From: Candidatus Nanohaloarchaea archaeon
GTDB lineage: Archaea; Nanohalarchaeota; Nanosalinia; Nanosalinales; Nanosalinaceae
Assembly: GCA_042217695.1 (NCBI GenBank)
Contig: JBDGSE010000001.1
Location: 1 to 21,454, forward strand
Reading direction: 5' to 3'
DNA: 21,454 nt
Position numbers and translations under genes: made by a program. The notes under the pieces are model-generated. The model was not told the origin of the DNA. It saw only the letters and a program-made list of their open reading frames with translations, and searched no databases. Position 1 is the stretch's first letter; each line of letters opens with the position of its first letter. Positions 8,044-15,980 of this stretch are shown piece by piece.

Positions 8044-9045
8044 CTACCCGGAGAGTTCCTCGTAGACCTTTACCAGCTTTTCTCCCACGCTGTCAAGCCG
8101 GAAATCCTTGCTTTTCTCGTACGCGTTCGAGCCTATCTCATCCCGGATCTCGGGATCCTTCAGTTTTTCCAGCTGCGGCACAAAGTCCTCCTCCGCCTTC
8201 AGACAGTTCTCGCCGTCCTCCATCCATCTGAAGGTCGATATATCTCTTACAACGGGAGGTTTTCCAGCCCCCATCGACTCGAGGAGTGCGATGCCCTCGT
8301 TTTCGTTGCGCGTGGGGAAGAAGAATATATCGCCCGCGGCGTACGCCCCTCTTATATCCTCGATATAGCCGGTGAACTGGCAGTTGTCCGGCGAGTTCTT
8401 CACCATCTTCACGGTCTCGCGGTCCTGGAGTATCGAGCTGACTCCCTCTCCGACCGGGTTGAGGTAGCCGAACCAGACGAAGTCGAGCTCCGGCATCCTT
8501 CTAGCGGTCTCTATGAACGTTTCCAGACCCTTCCGTTTTATGACGTGGCCCACCGAGTAGACCACAGGCGGCTCCAGATCGTATTTTTCAAGGTACTCAT
8601 CGCGTAGCTCTTCGTGACCCTCGATCTTCTCCGGATCGAAGCCGTTGCTGATAACAGTTTTCTCAACGTCCGTGTAACCCTCCAGAACCTCTTTATTGTG
8701 CTCTGAAGGGCATATCAGGCGGTCTGCCAGAGAGTATGCATATTTCAGGTAAGGTTTCAGCGGGTAAGCGAGGATGTTTGTGAATGCAAAGCTGTTGCGC
8801 AGGTCTTCCGCGGTCTGGTGTGCGTGTATCACCACCGGGACGCCCCTTTTTCTGGCCTTTCTCGCGTAGTAAACCGATCGGGGCCCCATGTTGTTGAGGT
8901 GGAGTACATCTGCCTCAAGGTCGGGCTCCGTGGTGTACTCTATACCGTGCCGGTCCATTATCTTCCGCTGGTTCTTGACGGACTGTGTATGGCCGCCGGT
9001 TATTATGTCCTCCATCTCGAAGTAGTGGCTTACCCGGGGAGTCAT
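8044..9045 (-). CDS. GT4 glycosyltransferase (CpoA/diglycosyl-lipid synthase-like)
   Basis: D.LH.N..GP.S, HAH.TAED.RNSF, PS, ISNG, RKG..TF, F.WFG, GDIFFFP...ENEGIALLE, VRDI. Confidence 0.92.
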   Translation of the reverse strand: MTPRVSHYFEMEDIITGGHTQSVKNQRKIMDRHGIEYTTEPDLEADVLHLNNMGPRSVYYARKARKRGVPVVIHAHQTAEDLRNSFAFTNILAYPLKPYLKYAYSLADRLICPSEHNKEVLEGYTDVEKTVISNGFDPEKIEGHEELRDEYLEKYDLEPPVVYSVGHVIKRKGLETFIETARRMPELDFVWFGYLNPVGEGVSSILQDRETVKMVKNSPDNCQFTGYIEDIRGAYAAGDIFFFPTRNENEGIALLESMGAGKPPVVRDISTFRWMEDGENCLKAEEDFVPQLEKLKDPEIRDEIGSNAYEKSKDFRLDSVGEKLVKVYEELSG

Positions 9046-9083
9046 CGCTTAAGCTAAAAACTATTGCCTATTCTTTTGAAGTT
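9046..9083. promoter_or_regulatory. 38-bp bidirectional promoter region
   Basis: CTAAAAA (9054-9060, +) lies 30 nt before ATG 9084. TTCAAAAG (9080-9073, -) lies about 30 nt before ATG 9045. Confidence 0.5.
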
Positions 9084-9377
9084 ATGCCGGAGGATATCGC
9101 CAAGGAACGTATCGAAAGGCTGTTCGAACTCGCGGAGAGACGCATGTCTTCCGGACACGAAGACCTGGCGGACAGATATGTCGAGATCGCCCGCCGGATA
9201 GGGATGCGGGAACAGGTTTCTATCCCGTCAGAACGCCAGAAACAGTTCTGCTCCCGGTGTAAGGCCTTCCTGATGCCGGGGAAGAACTGCCGGGTACGGA
9301 TCGATTCAAAAAAGAGCACAGTAAACTATGAGTGTGAGAACTGTGGAAACATTGACCGATATGGATTCAAGGATTAA
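9084..9377 (+). CDS. rnp4: Ribonuclease P protein component 4 (Rpp21)
   Basis: IA.ERI..LF..A, LA.RYV..AR.IG, FCxxC...L.PG.N.RVR, CxxCG...RY. True start is ATG 9084. Confidence 0.96.
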   Translation: MPEDIAKERIERLFELAERRMSSGHEDLADRYVEIARRIGMREQVSIPSERQKQFCSRCKAFLMPGKNCRVRIDSKKSTVNYECENCGNIDRYGFKD

Positions 9378-10356
9378 GAACCTGCTCTGGTTCGGTGTGT
9401 CCACCGCCATCATCGCGGGACTGGTATACTTCTCGGATATAGGCCAGTTCGTGAACGCGCTGAAGACCGCCAACCCTGTCCCCATGATCCCATCCTTCGT
9501 ATTCGGCCTGTCGGTCTTCCTGGTCTGGACCTATACATGGTTCCACTTCCTCAGGAAGATAGGTATCGGGATAAACTACCGTAAGACGCTGAAACTGTTC
9601 ATGTCCGGCCACTTCTTCAACTCAATAACACCGATGGGACAGTTCGGCGGAGAACCTGTTATGGCGCTTATACTGTCCCGGAACACCGAGGCAGACTACG
9701 AGAGCTCGCTCTCTGCCGTGCTTTCCTCCGACATAATGAACGCCATACCCACATTCACCTTTGTGATAGGTGGAAGCATATTCCTGCTCCTTTTCGGTTC
9801 CGTGAACGATATAATAATGCAGACCCTCTACGTCGCACTGGTTGTAATGGCCCTGGGAGCCGTCTTCGTCTACACCCTCTGGTTCAAGGCCGGCCGGATC
9901 GAGAGAATGATACTGAAAATACTGAAATCTGTTTCAAATCTCCTGAACCGCGGCGAATCCATAGTTGAGTCCGCAGATAAGAGCCTTGACCGCCTCCAGG
10001 AAGCATTTGCCGCCATAGGCGAGAACCCGAGAGAACTGTTAAAGGCGGGCGCCATAGCCCATGCAGGTTTCTTCTCACAGCTTTTGTCGCTCTATTTCGT
10101 CATGATGGCTCTGGGACACCCCACGGATTTCACGCCCCTGTACTTCGTTCTGAGTATCTCGATGGTAAGCTCGTTTGCACCCACACCGGGAGGCCAGGGC
10201 TTCTTCGAGGCAACGATGGCAGCTATGCTGACCCTGCTCGTCGGAGTGAGCTTTGCGACCGCTATGGCGGCAGCCATACTGTTCCAGATGACCACCTACT
10301 GGCCAGGCATCCTGCTGGGATATATCGCAGTTAACAGGCTGGAGACAGGAATATGA
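9361..10356 (+). CDS. UPF0104 / lysylphosphatidylglycerol-synthase TM (flippase-like) membrane protein
   Basis: FFN.ITP.GQ.GGEP, PTPGG.G..E and T.YW motifs; polytopic. Start taken at ATG 9361, overlapping the rnp4 end. Confidence 0.9.
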   Translation: MDSRIKNLLWFGVSTAIIAGLVYFSDIGQFVNALKTANPVPMIPSFVFGLSVFLVWTYTWFHFLRKIGIGINYRKTLKLFMSGHFFNSITPMGQFGGEPVMALILSRNTEADYESSLSAVLSSDIMNAIPTFTFVIGGSIFLLLFGSVNDIIMQTLYVALVVMALGAVFVYTLWFKAGRIERMILKILKSVSNLLNRGESIVESADKSLDRLQEAFAAIGENPRELLKAGAIAHAGFFSQLLSLYFVMMALGHPTDFTPLYFVLSISMVSSFAPTPGGQGFFEATMAAMLTLLVGVSFATAMAAAILFQMTTYWPGILLGYIAVNRLETGI

Positions 10357-11267
10357 GCTATTTATACCGGCTTGCCGGCGACGACATGGAACTCGCAGAG
10401 GCAGACCTCAACGGCTTCCTGGAGTCACAGGGACTGGAAGAAGCAGAGCGCCACGGCAGGATAGCTCTAACGGATTCAGAGCCGGAACAGCTCCGGAGAC
10501 TTGCACTCACGCACGAGGTCTCCAGACTGGAATGGCAGGGAGATATAGACGATTTCAGGACAGATTACCGCCCGGAGGGTAGTTTTGCGGTAAGGGTGCA
10601 CGGCGCCGGGAACTCCAGGGAACTCCAGGAGAGGATAGGCCGGGTCCTGGAAACAGAGGAAAACAGCGTGGACCTTGAGAACCCCGAGAACGTCTTAAAC
10701 CTCTACATAACGGAAGAAAAGGCCTTTCTTGGCGAACAGGTCGATGATCTACCGCGGGGAAAGTTCGAGGAGCGTAAGAACCATGAAAGACCTTTTTCCT
10801 CCCCTGTATCGCTGGATCCATCGCTTGCCCGGCTCCTGGTAAACCTCTCGGCTGTCCCAGCGGGCGGCCATGTCCTAGATCCTTTCTGCGGGACCGGAGG
10901 GATACTGATCGAGGCCGGGCTCTGCGGTATCGGAGTGCACGGACTGGACATACAGGAGGATATGGTCTCCGGCACCGAGAAAAACCTGGAGGAGTACGGC
11001 ATAATAGCCCATGAAATCCGGGAGGGCGAGGTCTCGCAGGCAAGAGAGATATTTGACCAGGAATTCGACGCCGTTATAACAGATCTGCCCTACGGCAAGG
11101 CCTCCAGGAAGGAACAGGAACCGGTAAAAGAGTTCCTGGAGGTCGCACCCGATCTAACCGATGGAAAGATCGTTTTTATGTCGGACCAGAGCCAGGTTGG
11201 TGAGCACGAACCGGAGTACGAGGTATACGTACATAGAAATCTCACCCGCTACATCTACGTGGTCTAG
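10353..11267 (+). CDS. trmG10: tRNA (guanine-10-N2)-methyltransferase TrmG10/Trm11 (THUMP + SAM methyltransferase)
   Basis: SFAVR...VDLENP (THUMP), RPF.SP.SLDP.LAR.LVNL, VLDPFCGTGGILIEAG, TDLPYG, VHR.LTR.I. Confidence 0.88.
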   Translation: MSYLYRLAGDDMELAEADLNGFLESQGLEEAERHGRIALTDSEPEQLRRLALTHEVSRLEWQGDIDDFRTDYRPEGSFAVRVHGAGNSRELQERIGRVLETEENSVDLENPENVLNLYITEEKAFLGEQVDDLPRGKFEERKNHERPFSSPVSLDPSLARLLVNLSAVPAGGHVLDPFCGTGGILIEAGLCGIGVHGLDIQEDMVSGTEKNLEEYGIIAHEIREGEVSQAREIFDQEFDAVITDLPYGKASRKEQEPVKEFLEVAPDLTDGKIVFMSDQSQVGEHEPEYEVYVHRNLTRYIYVV

Positions 11268-11446
11268 AGAGAGTACTCCTCGCGGTATTCTTCCAGGGTT
11301 GACTGGCGGCCGCTGTAAGAAGGGGCCGCGCCCGACTGTGCTGCCTGGAACAGTATCACTTCGTCCATCTCGGATACCGCTCCACGTTCCATAATGGAAT
11401 CGATCTCCACCCAGCCCTTGCTGGGGGAAGCCCTCTCATCTACCAT
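11264..11446 (-). CDS. Small acidic hypothetical protein (60 aa) with C-terminal PIP-box-like QSTLEEY
   Basis: Own TATA-like ATATAAA (11477-11471, -) about 30 nt upstream; acidic; fills an otherwise empty gap; 4-nt stop overlap with trmG10. Confidence 0.6.
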   Translation of the reverse strand: MVDERASPSKGWVEIDSIMERGAVSEMDEVILFQAAQSGAAPSYSGRQSTLEEYREEYSL

Positions 11447-11526
11447 TGTTACCGAAAAGTGGTAATCAGATTTATATGTGTTTCGGGGGTGTCAGAGGTT
11501 AAAAACTTCCAAGGAAACAGATAACT

Positions 11527-12432
11527 ATGGACGTCTGGACTATCGGCACCTCGAGCGCAGTACCCACAAGAGACAGAGGTCTCGCGGCCAACATGATAAA
11601 TTTCGAGGGCGAGCGCATACTCTTCGACTGCGGAGAGGGCACCCAGAGAAGGCTGATGCAGGACAAGATGGGGCTGATGAAGGTCTCAAAGGTTTTCATA
11701 AGCCACTGGCACGCCGACCATTTCTCAGGGCTCCTCGGGCTCATCCAGACGCTTGAGATGGAGGGGCGAGAAGAACCGCTCTACATCTACGGCCCGCCCC
11801 GCACCGAGGAGTTCACGGAAAGGATACTGGACACCGGATACTTCAACAGGAACTACGACATATTCGTGGAGGATATAGTCGAGGGAGACGCGATAGTAGG
11901 TGAAGGCTACGAGGTCAGACCTTTCGAGGTCGAGCACGGTATAAACGCCTTCGGCTACGTGTTCGAGGAGGAAGACCGGAAAAAGGCCAACAAGCAGAAG
12001 ATGCAGGAACTCGGACTTGAAAGCTCCCCGAAGATAGGAGAACTGAAATCCGGTGAAACAATCGAATGGGAAGGCGACACCGTGAGACCTGAAGACGTTA
12101 TAGAGGAGGTGCCCGGCAGAAAAGTGGTCTACTCGGGAGACACCGAGAAATGCCAGAACACCATAGAAAACGCGGAAAACGCCGACTTGCTCATTCACGA
12201 GGCGACCGTGAAACACGAAAAGATCGGGGATAGACACGGACACACCTCCGCAAGAGAGGCCGCCGAGATAGCCCGCGAAGCCGGTGTCGAGAAACTCGTA
12301 CTGACCCATATATCAAGGCGTTACAGGAACAACGCCACAGAGTTGCTGGAAGAGGCGAAAGAGGTATTCGACAACACCGTTCTGGGAGAGGACGGCCTGA
12401 AATTCGAGATATCGCCTCACAGGCCAGAATAG
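11527..12432 (+). CDS. rnz: Ribonuclease Z
   Basis: GTSSAVPT..R, LFDCGEGTQR, SHWHADH, YSGDT, LIHEAT, GHTSA, LTHIS.RY. TATA TTAAAAA at 11499-11505. Confidence 0.97.
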   Translation: MDVWTIGTSSAVPTRDRGLAANMINFEGERILFDCGEGTQRRLMQDKMGLMKVSKVFISHWHADHFSGLLGLIQTLEMEGREEPLYIYGPPRTEEFTERILDTGYFNRNYDIFVEDIVEGDAIVGEGYEVRPFEVEHGINAFGYVFEEEDRKKANKQKMQELGLESSPKIGELKSGETIEWEGDTVRPEDVIEEVPGRKVVYSGDTEKCQNTIENAENADLLIHEATVKHEKIGDRHGHTSAREAAEIAREAGVEKLVLTHISRRYRNNATELLEEAKEVFDNTVLGEDGLKFEISPHRPE

Positions 12433-12615
12433 GCTCTGCCCGAACCATGCCGTATCCGGGCGAGTCCCTACACTGCTGCACCCCCCGACATCTACACATG
12501 AGGTCCCGCAGACCCTCGTTTTATGTGGTACAGCTGTTCGAGCACCCTCCCACTGTCGCGGGATCACTGCCGATGAACTTGGCGCCGTCATCCATGCAGA
12601 GAACACTTTTTACCG
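12433..12615 (-). other. Structured GC-rich intergenic segment; candidate ncRNA of unknown class
   Basis: Several stems that pair better on the minus strand (G-U instead of A-C); TATA-like GTAAAAA at 12613-12607. Confidence 0.35.
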
Positions 12616-12633
12616 TAAGGCGACACATCCTCT

Positions 12634-13146
12634 TTACTTCTTTTTCCTCGTCAGCTTCCGATCCTCGCTCGGCTCGACCTCGATCTGCGCATCCTCGAAG
12701 CCCTCCTTTATACCGGTGAAACGGTCGAGTAGGACCGCGAGAGCCGCGATCTCTGAATGCGGCTGGTTGCCCACGGAGATGTTGTGGTCCGAGAGTTCAT
12801 AGACCTCGCGCGGGACCTTCTCGGCCCCGACAACCACGAGAACATCTTCATCGAAACCGTCCTCCAGCTCTTTCTCCTTCTCCCCTATCCGTTCGCCGTA
12901 CATCGTGAGGTGCACAACAACGCCCTTGAACTCCTCTATCCGGGAGCGCCAGGATTCGTCGTACTCCACCCGGAAGTCGCCTCCCCATCGATCCACGATG
13001 TCTTCCAGGCTCTCCATCATGTTATCGTCTCTTTCACCGCTGTATATTATACCGGAGGCACCCCACTGCCTCGCCGTTAAACCGACGTGCGTGGAGATAC
13101 GGTCATCTCTACCTCTGCGGTGGCCGAGCCTGAGAACCTCTATCAT
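12634..13146 (-). CDS. trm56: tRNA (cytidine-56-2'-O)-methyltransferase (SPOUT)
   Basis: VLRLGHR..RD.RI.THV.LTAR, WGG.F, VHLTMYG, VGAEKVP, N.SVGNQPHSE.AALAV.LDR. Confidence 0.97.
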   Translation of the reverse strand: MIEVLRLGHRRGRDDRISTHVGLTARQWGASGIIYSGERDDNMMESLEDIVDRWGGDFRVEYDESWRSRIEEFKGVVVHLTMYGERIGEKEKELEDGFDEDVLVVVGAEKVPREVYELSDHNISVGNQPHSEIAALAVLLDRFTGIKEGFEDAQIEVEPSEDRKLTRKKK

Positions 13147-13222
13147 AACCAGGAAATAGGTTCAAAGAGTTAAATATACTGGAGGATCGGTCATAAAAAG
13201 AAAGCGAGCACATTACAGAGTG

Positions 13223-13803
13223 ATGGAACTCATAGACGACTGGATAGACAGTGCCAGATCTGTACTGATAGAGCCGGCCGAGCATTTCCGTTCAGAGGAA
13301 CGGAGAGACGGGTTCGGTACCCGCTCAAGTTCGCGGCTGCAGCCCTCCTGGCAGGAGGAATCTTAAACGCATTCCGGGCAGGTTTCCTCGGTGTCACTTA
13401 CTTTAGCAAGGTGCTGCCTCTCGGATCCGCCGGTCTCCTGGCGCTTGCAGTGCTGGTGCTGTCGCCGATAGTTTCACTTATCGGACTGTTTATATGGTCG
13501 GCAGTGGTGAATGTGTTCGTCTCCCTGCTTGGAGGGGAAGGCGGATACCGGGAAACCCTGTCCGTGTTCGAGTACTCGACAGCGGTTTCACCACTGACAG
13601 CCCTGGCCGCACTGATACCTCTCGTAGGAGGTATTGCAGGGCTTCTGCTGGCAGTTTACCAGATCTATATACAGATAGCAGGACTGATGGAGTACCATGA
13701 CATGTCGGAATGGAGAGCAGCAGGAGCAATCATCCTGCCAGGTATTTTGCTGGTCGGTATCTTCGTATTGCTGACAGCTCTATTCATCGGTGCGATGTGG
13801 TGA
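13223..13803 (+). pseudogene. Yip1-family membrane protein split by a 1-nt deletion near 13316-13318 (pseudogene or sequencing error)
   Basis: Frame 1 reads MELIDDWIDSARSVLIEPAEHFRSEERRDGFG and stops at 13364-13366. The -1 frame continues YPLKFAAAALL...GGEGGYRETLSVFEYS...GLMEYHDMSEWRA to 13803. CATAAAAA lies about 30 nt before ATG 13223. Confidence 0.8.
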
Positions 13804-14013
13804 GTCCGAAGAGAGGTCACGTCCACAGCCCGCCATACACATTTACTCCTTCATTTTTTCTGGACCGACGGACGAATTTTTAAACCTTCCATAGAATTAC
13901 TCAACAGAGCTACAATGAAGGGTGGACGTTTTACACTCCGGACCGCATTTCTCCAACCACAGCGATAGCTGTCGACAAAACCAATTAAACAGTTTTTCTC
14001 GAAGTGGTTCTCC

Positions 14014-15927
14014 ATGAGTATCCAGGTAGAACTTCCTGACGGGTCGAAACTAGAGGTAGATGAAAACTCGACGGTGGAAGACGTGGCCTACGAGATAGGG
14101 ACGGGCCTTGGAGATGACACCGTCGCGGGAAAGATAAACGGAGAACTCGTCGCGAAAGAAGCAGAGGTGGAAGATGGCGACACCGTCGAGATAGTGACAG
14201 AACAGAGCGAGGAATACCTCGATGTTCTGAGACACAGCGCGGCACACGTGTTCGCCCAGGCCCTGCAGCGGCTGTACCCGGACGCAAAACTGACCATCGG
14301 GCCTTACACGGATGAGGGCTTCTACTACGATATAGCGGACATCGAGCTCGAGGAGGAAGACCTTGAACGCATCGAGGAGGAGGCCAAAAGCATCATAGAG
14401 GAAGACCTCGACATCGAGCGCAGAACAGTTCCAAGAGAAGACGCGGAGGAGTTCTACAGCGACAACCGGTTCAAGCAGGAAGTCCTGGAAGAAGAAGCCG
14501 GCGGAGAGGAGGTCACTTTCTACCGCCAGGGAGACTGGAAGGACCTCTGCCAGGGCCCTCATGTGGAATCCACCGGCGAAATCGGCGGATTCAAGCTGCT
14601 GGAGATAGCGGGGGCCTACTGGCGCGGAGACGAGGACAACGAGATGCTGACCCGCGTGTATGGAACCGCGTTCCCCACAGAGGAGGAACTTGAGGAGTTT
14701 TTAGAAAAGCGGGAAGAGGCGAAAAAACGTGACCACCGGAAGATAGGGAGGGAGATGGACCTGTTCTCGATTTCTTCCACTACAGGGCCAGGCCTGCCTC
14801 TCTACCACCCAAACGGGAAGACGGTCCTCAACGAGCTCCAGGGATTCGTCGATCAGCTTAACCGGGAAAAGGGCTACGATTTCGTGGAGACACCACACCT
14901 CTTCAGAACCGAGCTATGGAAGAAGAGCGGGCACTACGACAACTACCAGGATGACATGTTCCTGTTCGAGCTTGGTGACGAGGAATACGGCCTGAAGCCG
15001 ATGAACTGCCCCGGACACGCAACGATATTCGACACAGGGACCTGGAGCTACCGTGAACTCCCGCAGCGGTACGCGGAAAACGGCAAGGTCTACCGGAAGG
15101 AGCAGCGGGGCGAACTCTCCGGGCTCTCCCGGGTCTGGGCTTTCACCATCGACGACGGCCACCTTTTCGTCAGGCCGGACCAGATAGACCAGGAAGTCGA
15201 GAAGATCATGGACATGATACTCGAGGTACTCGACACCTTCGGCCTGGACTACAAGGTTTTCCTGGCAACCCGGCCCGAGAAATCGGTGGGTTCCGATGAG
15301 ATATGGGAGCGCGCCGAGAAACAGCTGAAACAGGTGCTGGAAGGACGAGACATCGACTACGGCCTTGAAGAAGGCGACGGAGCGTTCTACGGCCCGAAGA
15401 TAGACTTCGCGTTTGAAGACGCTCTCGGCCGGGAATGGGACGGGCCCACAGTGCAGCTTGACTTCAACATGCCTGAACGGTTCGACCTGACCTACAAAGG
15501 TGAGGACAACGAAGAGCACCAGCCAGTGATGATACATAGAGCGCTCTACGGGAGTTACGAACGGTTCTTCATGGTGCTCATCGAACACTTCGAGGGGGAT
15601 TTCCCGACATGGCTTGCTCCCGAACAAGTCCGCATCCTGCCGGTCAGCGACGACAACCTGGACTACGCTCGAGAGGTGAAAGAGGACCTCGAGGATTTCC
15701 GGGTGGAGATCGAGGACCGTTCCTGGACCGTCGGGAAGAAGATCCAGGCCGCCCACGACGACCGTGTCCCCTATATGCTGATACTCGGGGACGACGAAGA
15801 ATCGGAAGGCACGATATCTGTGAGGGACAGGTTCGAGAACGAGGACCGCGGCTTCACTGTGGAAGAGTTCCGCTCGCACCTGGAGAAAGAGGTGGAGGAG
15901 AAACGGCTTGAACCGGACTTCCTCTGA
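14014..15927 (+). CDS. thrS: Threonine--tRNA ligase, bacterial-type (TGS + editing + catalytic + anticodon domains)
   Basis: TGS N-terminus, [59 protein letters not shown]. Confidence 0.98.
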   Translation: MSIQVELPDGSKLEVDENSTVEDVAYEIGTGLGDDTVAGKINGELVAKEAEVEDGDTVEIVTEQSEEYLDVLRHSAAHVFAQALQRLYPDAKLTIGPYTDEGFYYDIADIELEEEDLERIEEEAKSIIEEDLDIERRTVPREDAEEFYSDNRFKQEVLEEEAGGEEVTFYRQGDWKDLCQGPHVESTGEIGGFKLLEIAGAYWRGDEDNEMLTRVYGTAFPTEEELEEFLEKREEAKKRDHRKIGREMDLFSISSTTGPGLPLYHPNGKTVLNELQGFVDQLNREKGYDFVETPHLFRTELWKKSGHYDNYQDDMFLFELGDEEYGLKPMNCPGHATIFDTGTWSYRELPQRYAENGKVYRKEQRGELSGLSRVWAFTIDDGHLFVRPDQIDQEVEKIMDMILEVLDTFGLDYKVFLATRPEKSVGSDEIWERAEKQLKQVLEGRDIDYGLEEGDGAFYGPKIDFAFEDALGREWDGPTVQLDFNMPERFDLTYKGEDNEEHQPVMIHRALYGSYERFFMVLIEHFEGDFPTWLAPEQVRILPVSDDNLDYAREVKEDLEDFRVEIEDRSWTVGKKIQAAHDDRVPYMLILGDDEESEGTISVRDRFENEDRGFTVEEFRSHLEKEVEEKRLEPDFL

Positions 15928-15980
15928 CCTCTTCCCCTCCATTCTTCAGATTTAAATCGGTTCAGCACCAGAACAGTAAC

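Noticed and set aside
8985..9083. Extended N-termini given by the ORF track (rnp4 8985, UPF0104 9328, PDCD5 17481, eif6 18606, hypothetical 1405)
   Set aside because: They overlap neighbouring genes or promoters. Downstream ATGs fit family N-termini and TATA/SD spacing better.
12433..12633. RNase P RNA, SRP RNA, 5S rRNA or SAM-I riboswitch
   Set aside because: Lacks GAGGAAAGUCC/ACAGAA (RNase P), the helix-8 GGAA motif (SRP) and 5S signatures. The AGGGACUCGCCCG resemblance to SAM-I P2 has no supporting P1/P3 or downstream gene.
13305..13325. Programmed -1 ribosomal frameshift in the Yip1-like gene
   Set aside because: No slippery heptamer or evident stimulatory structure; a simple deletion explains it.
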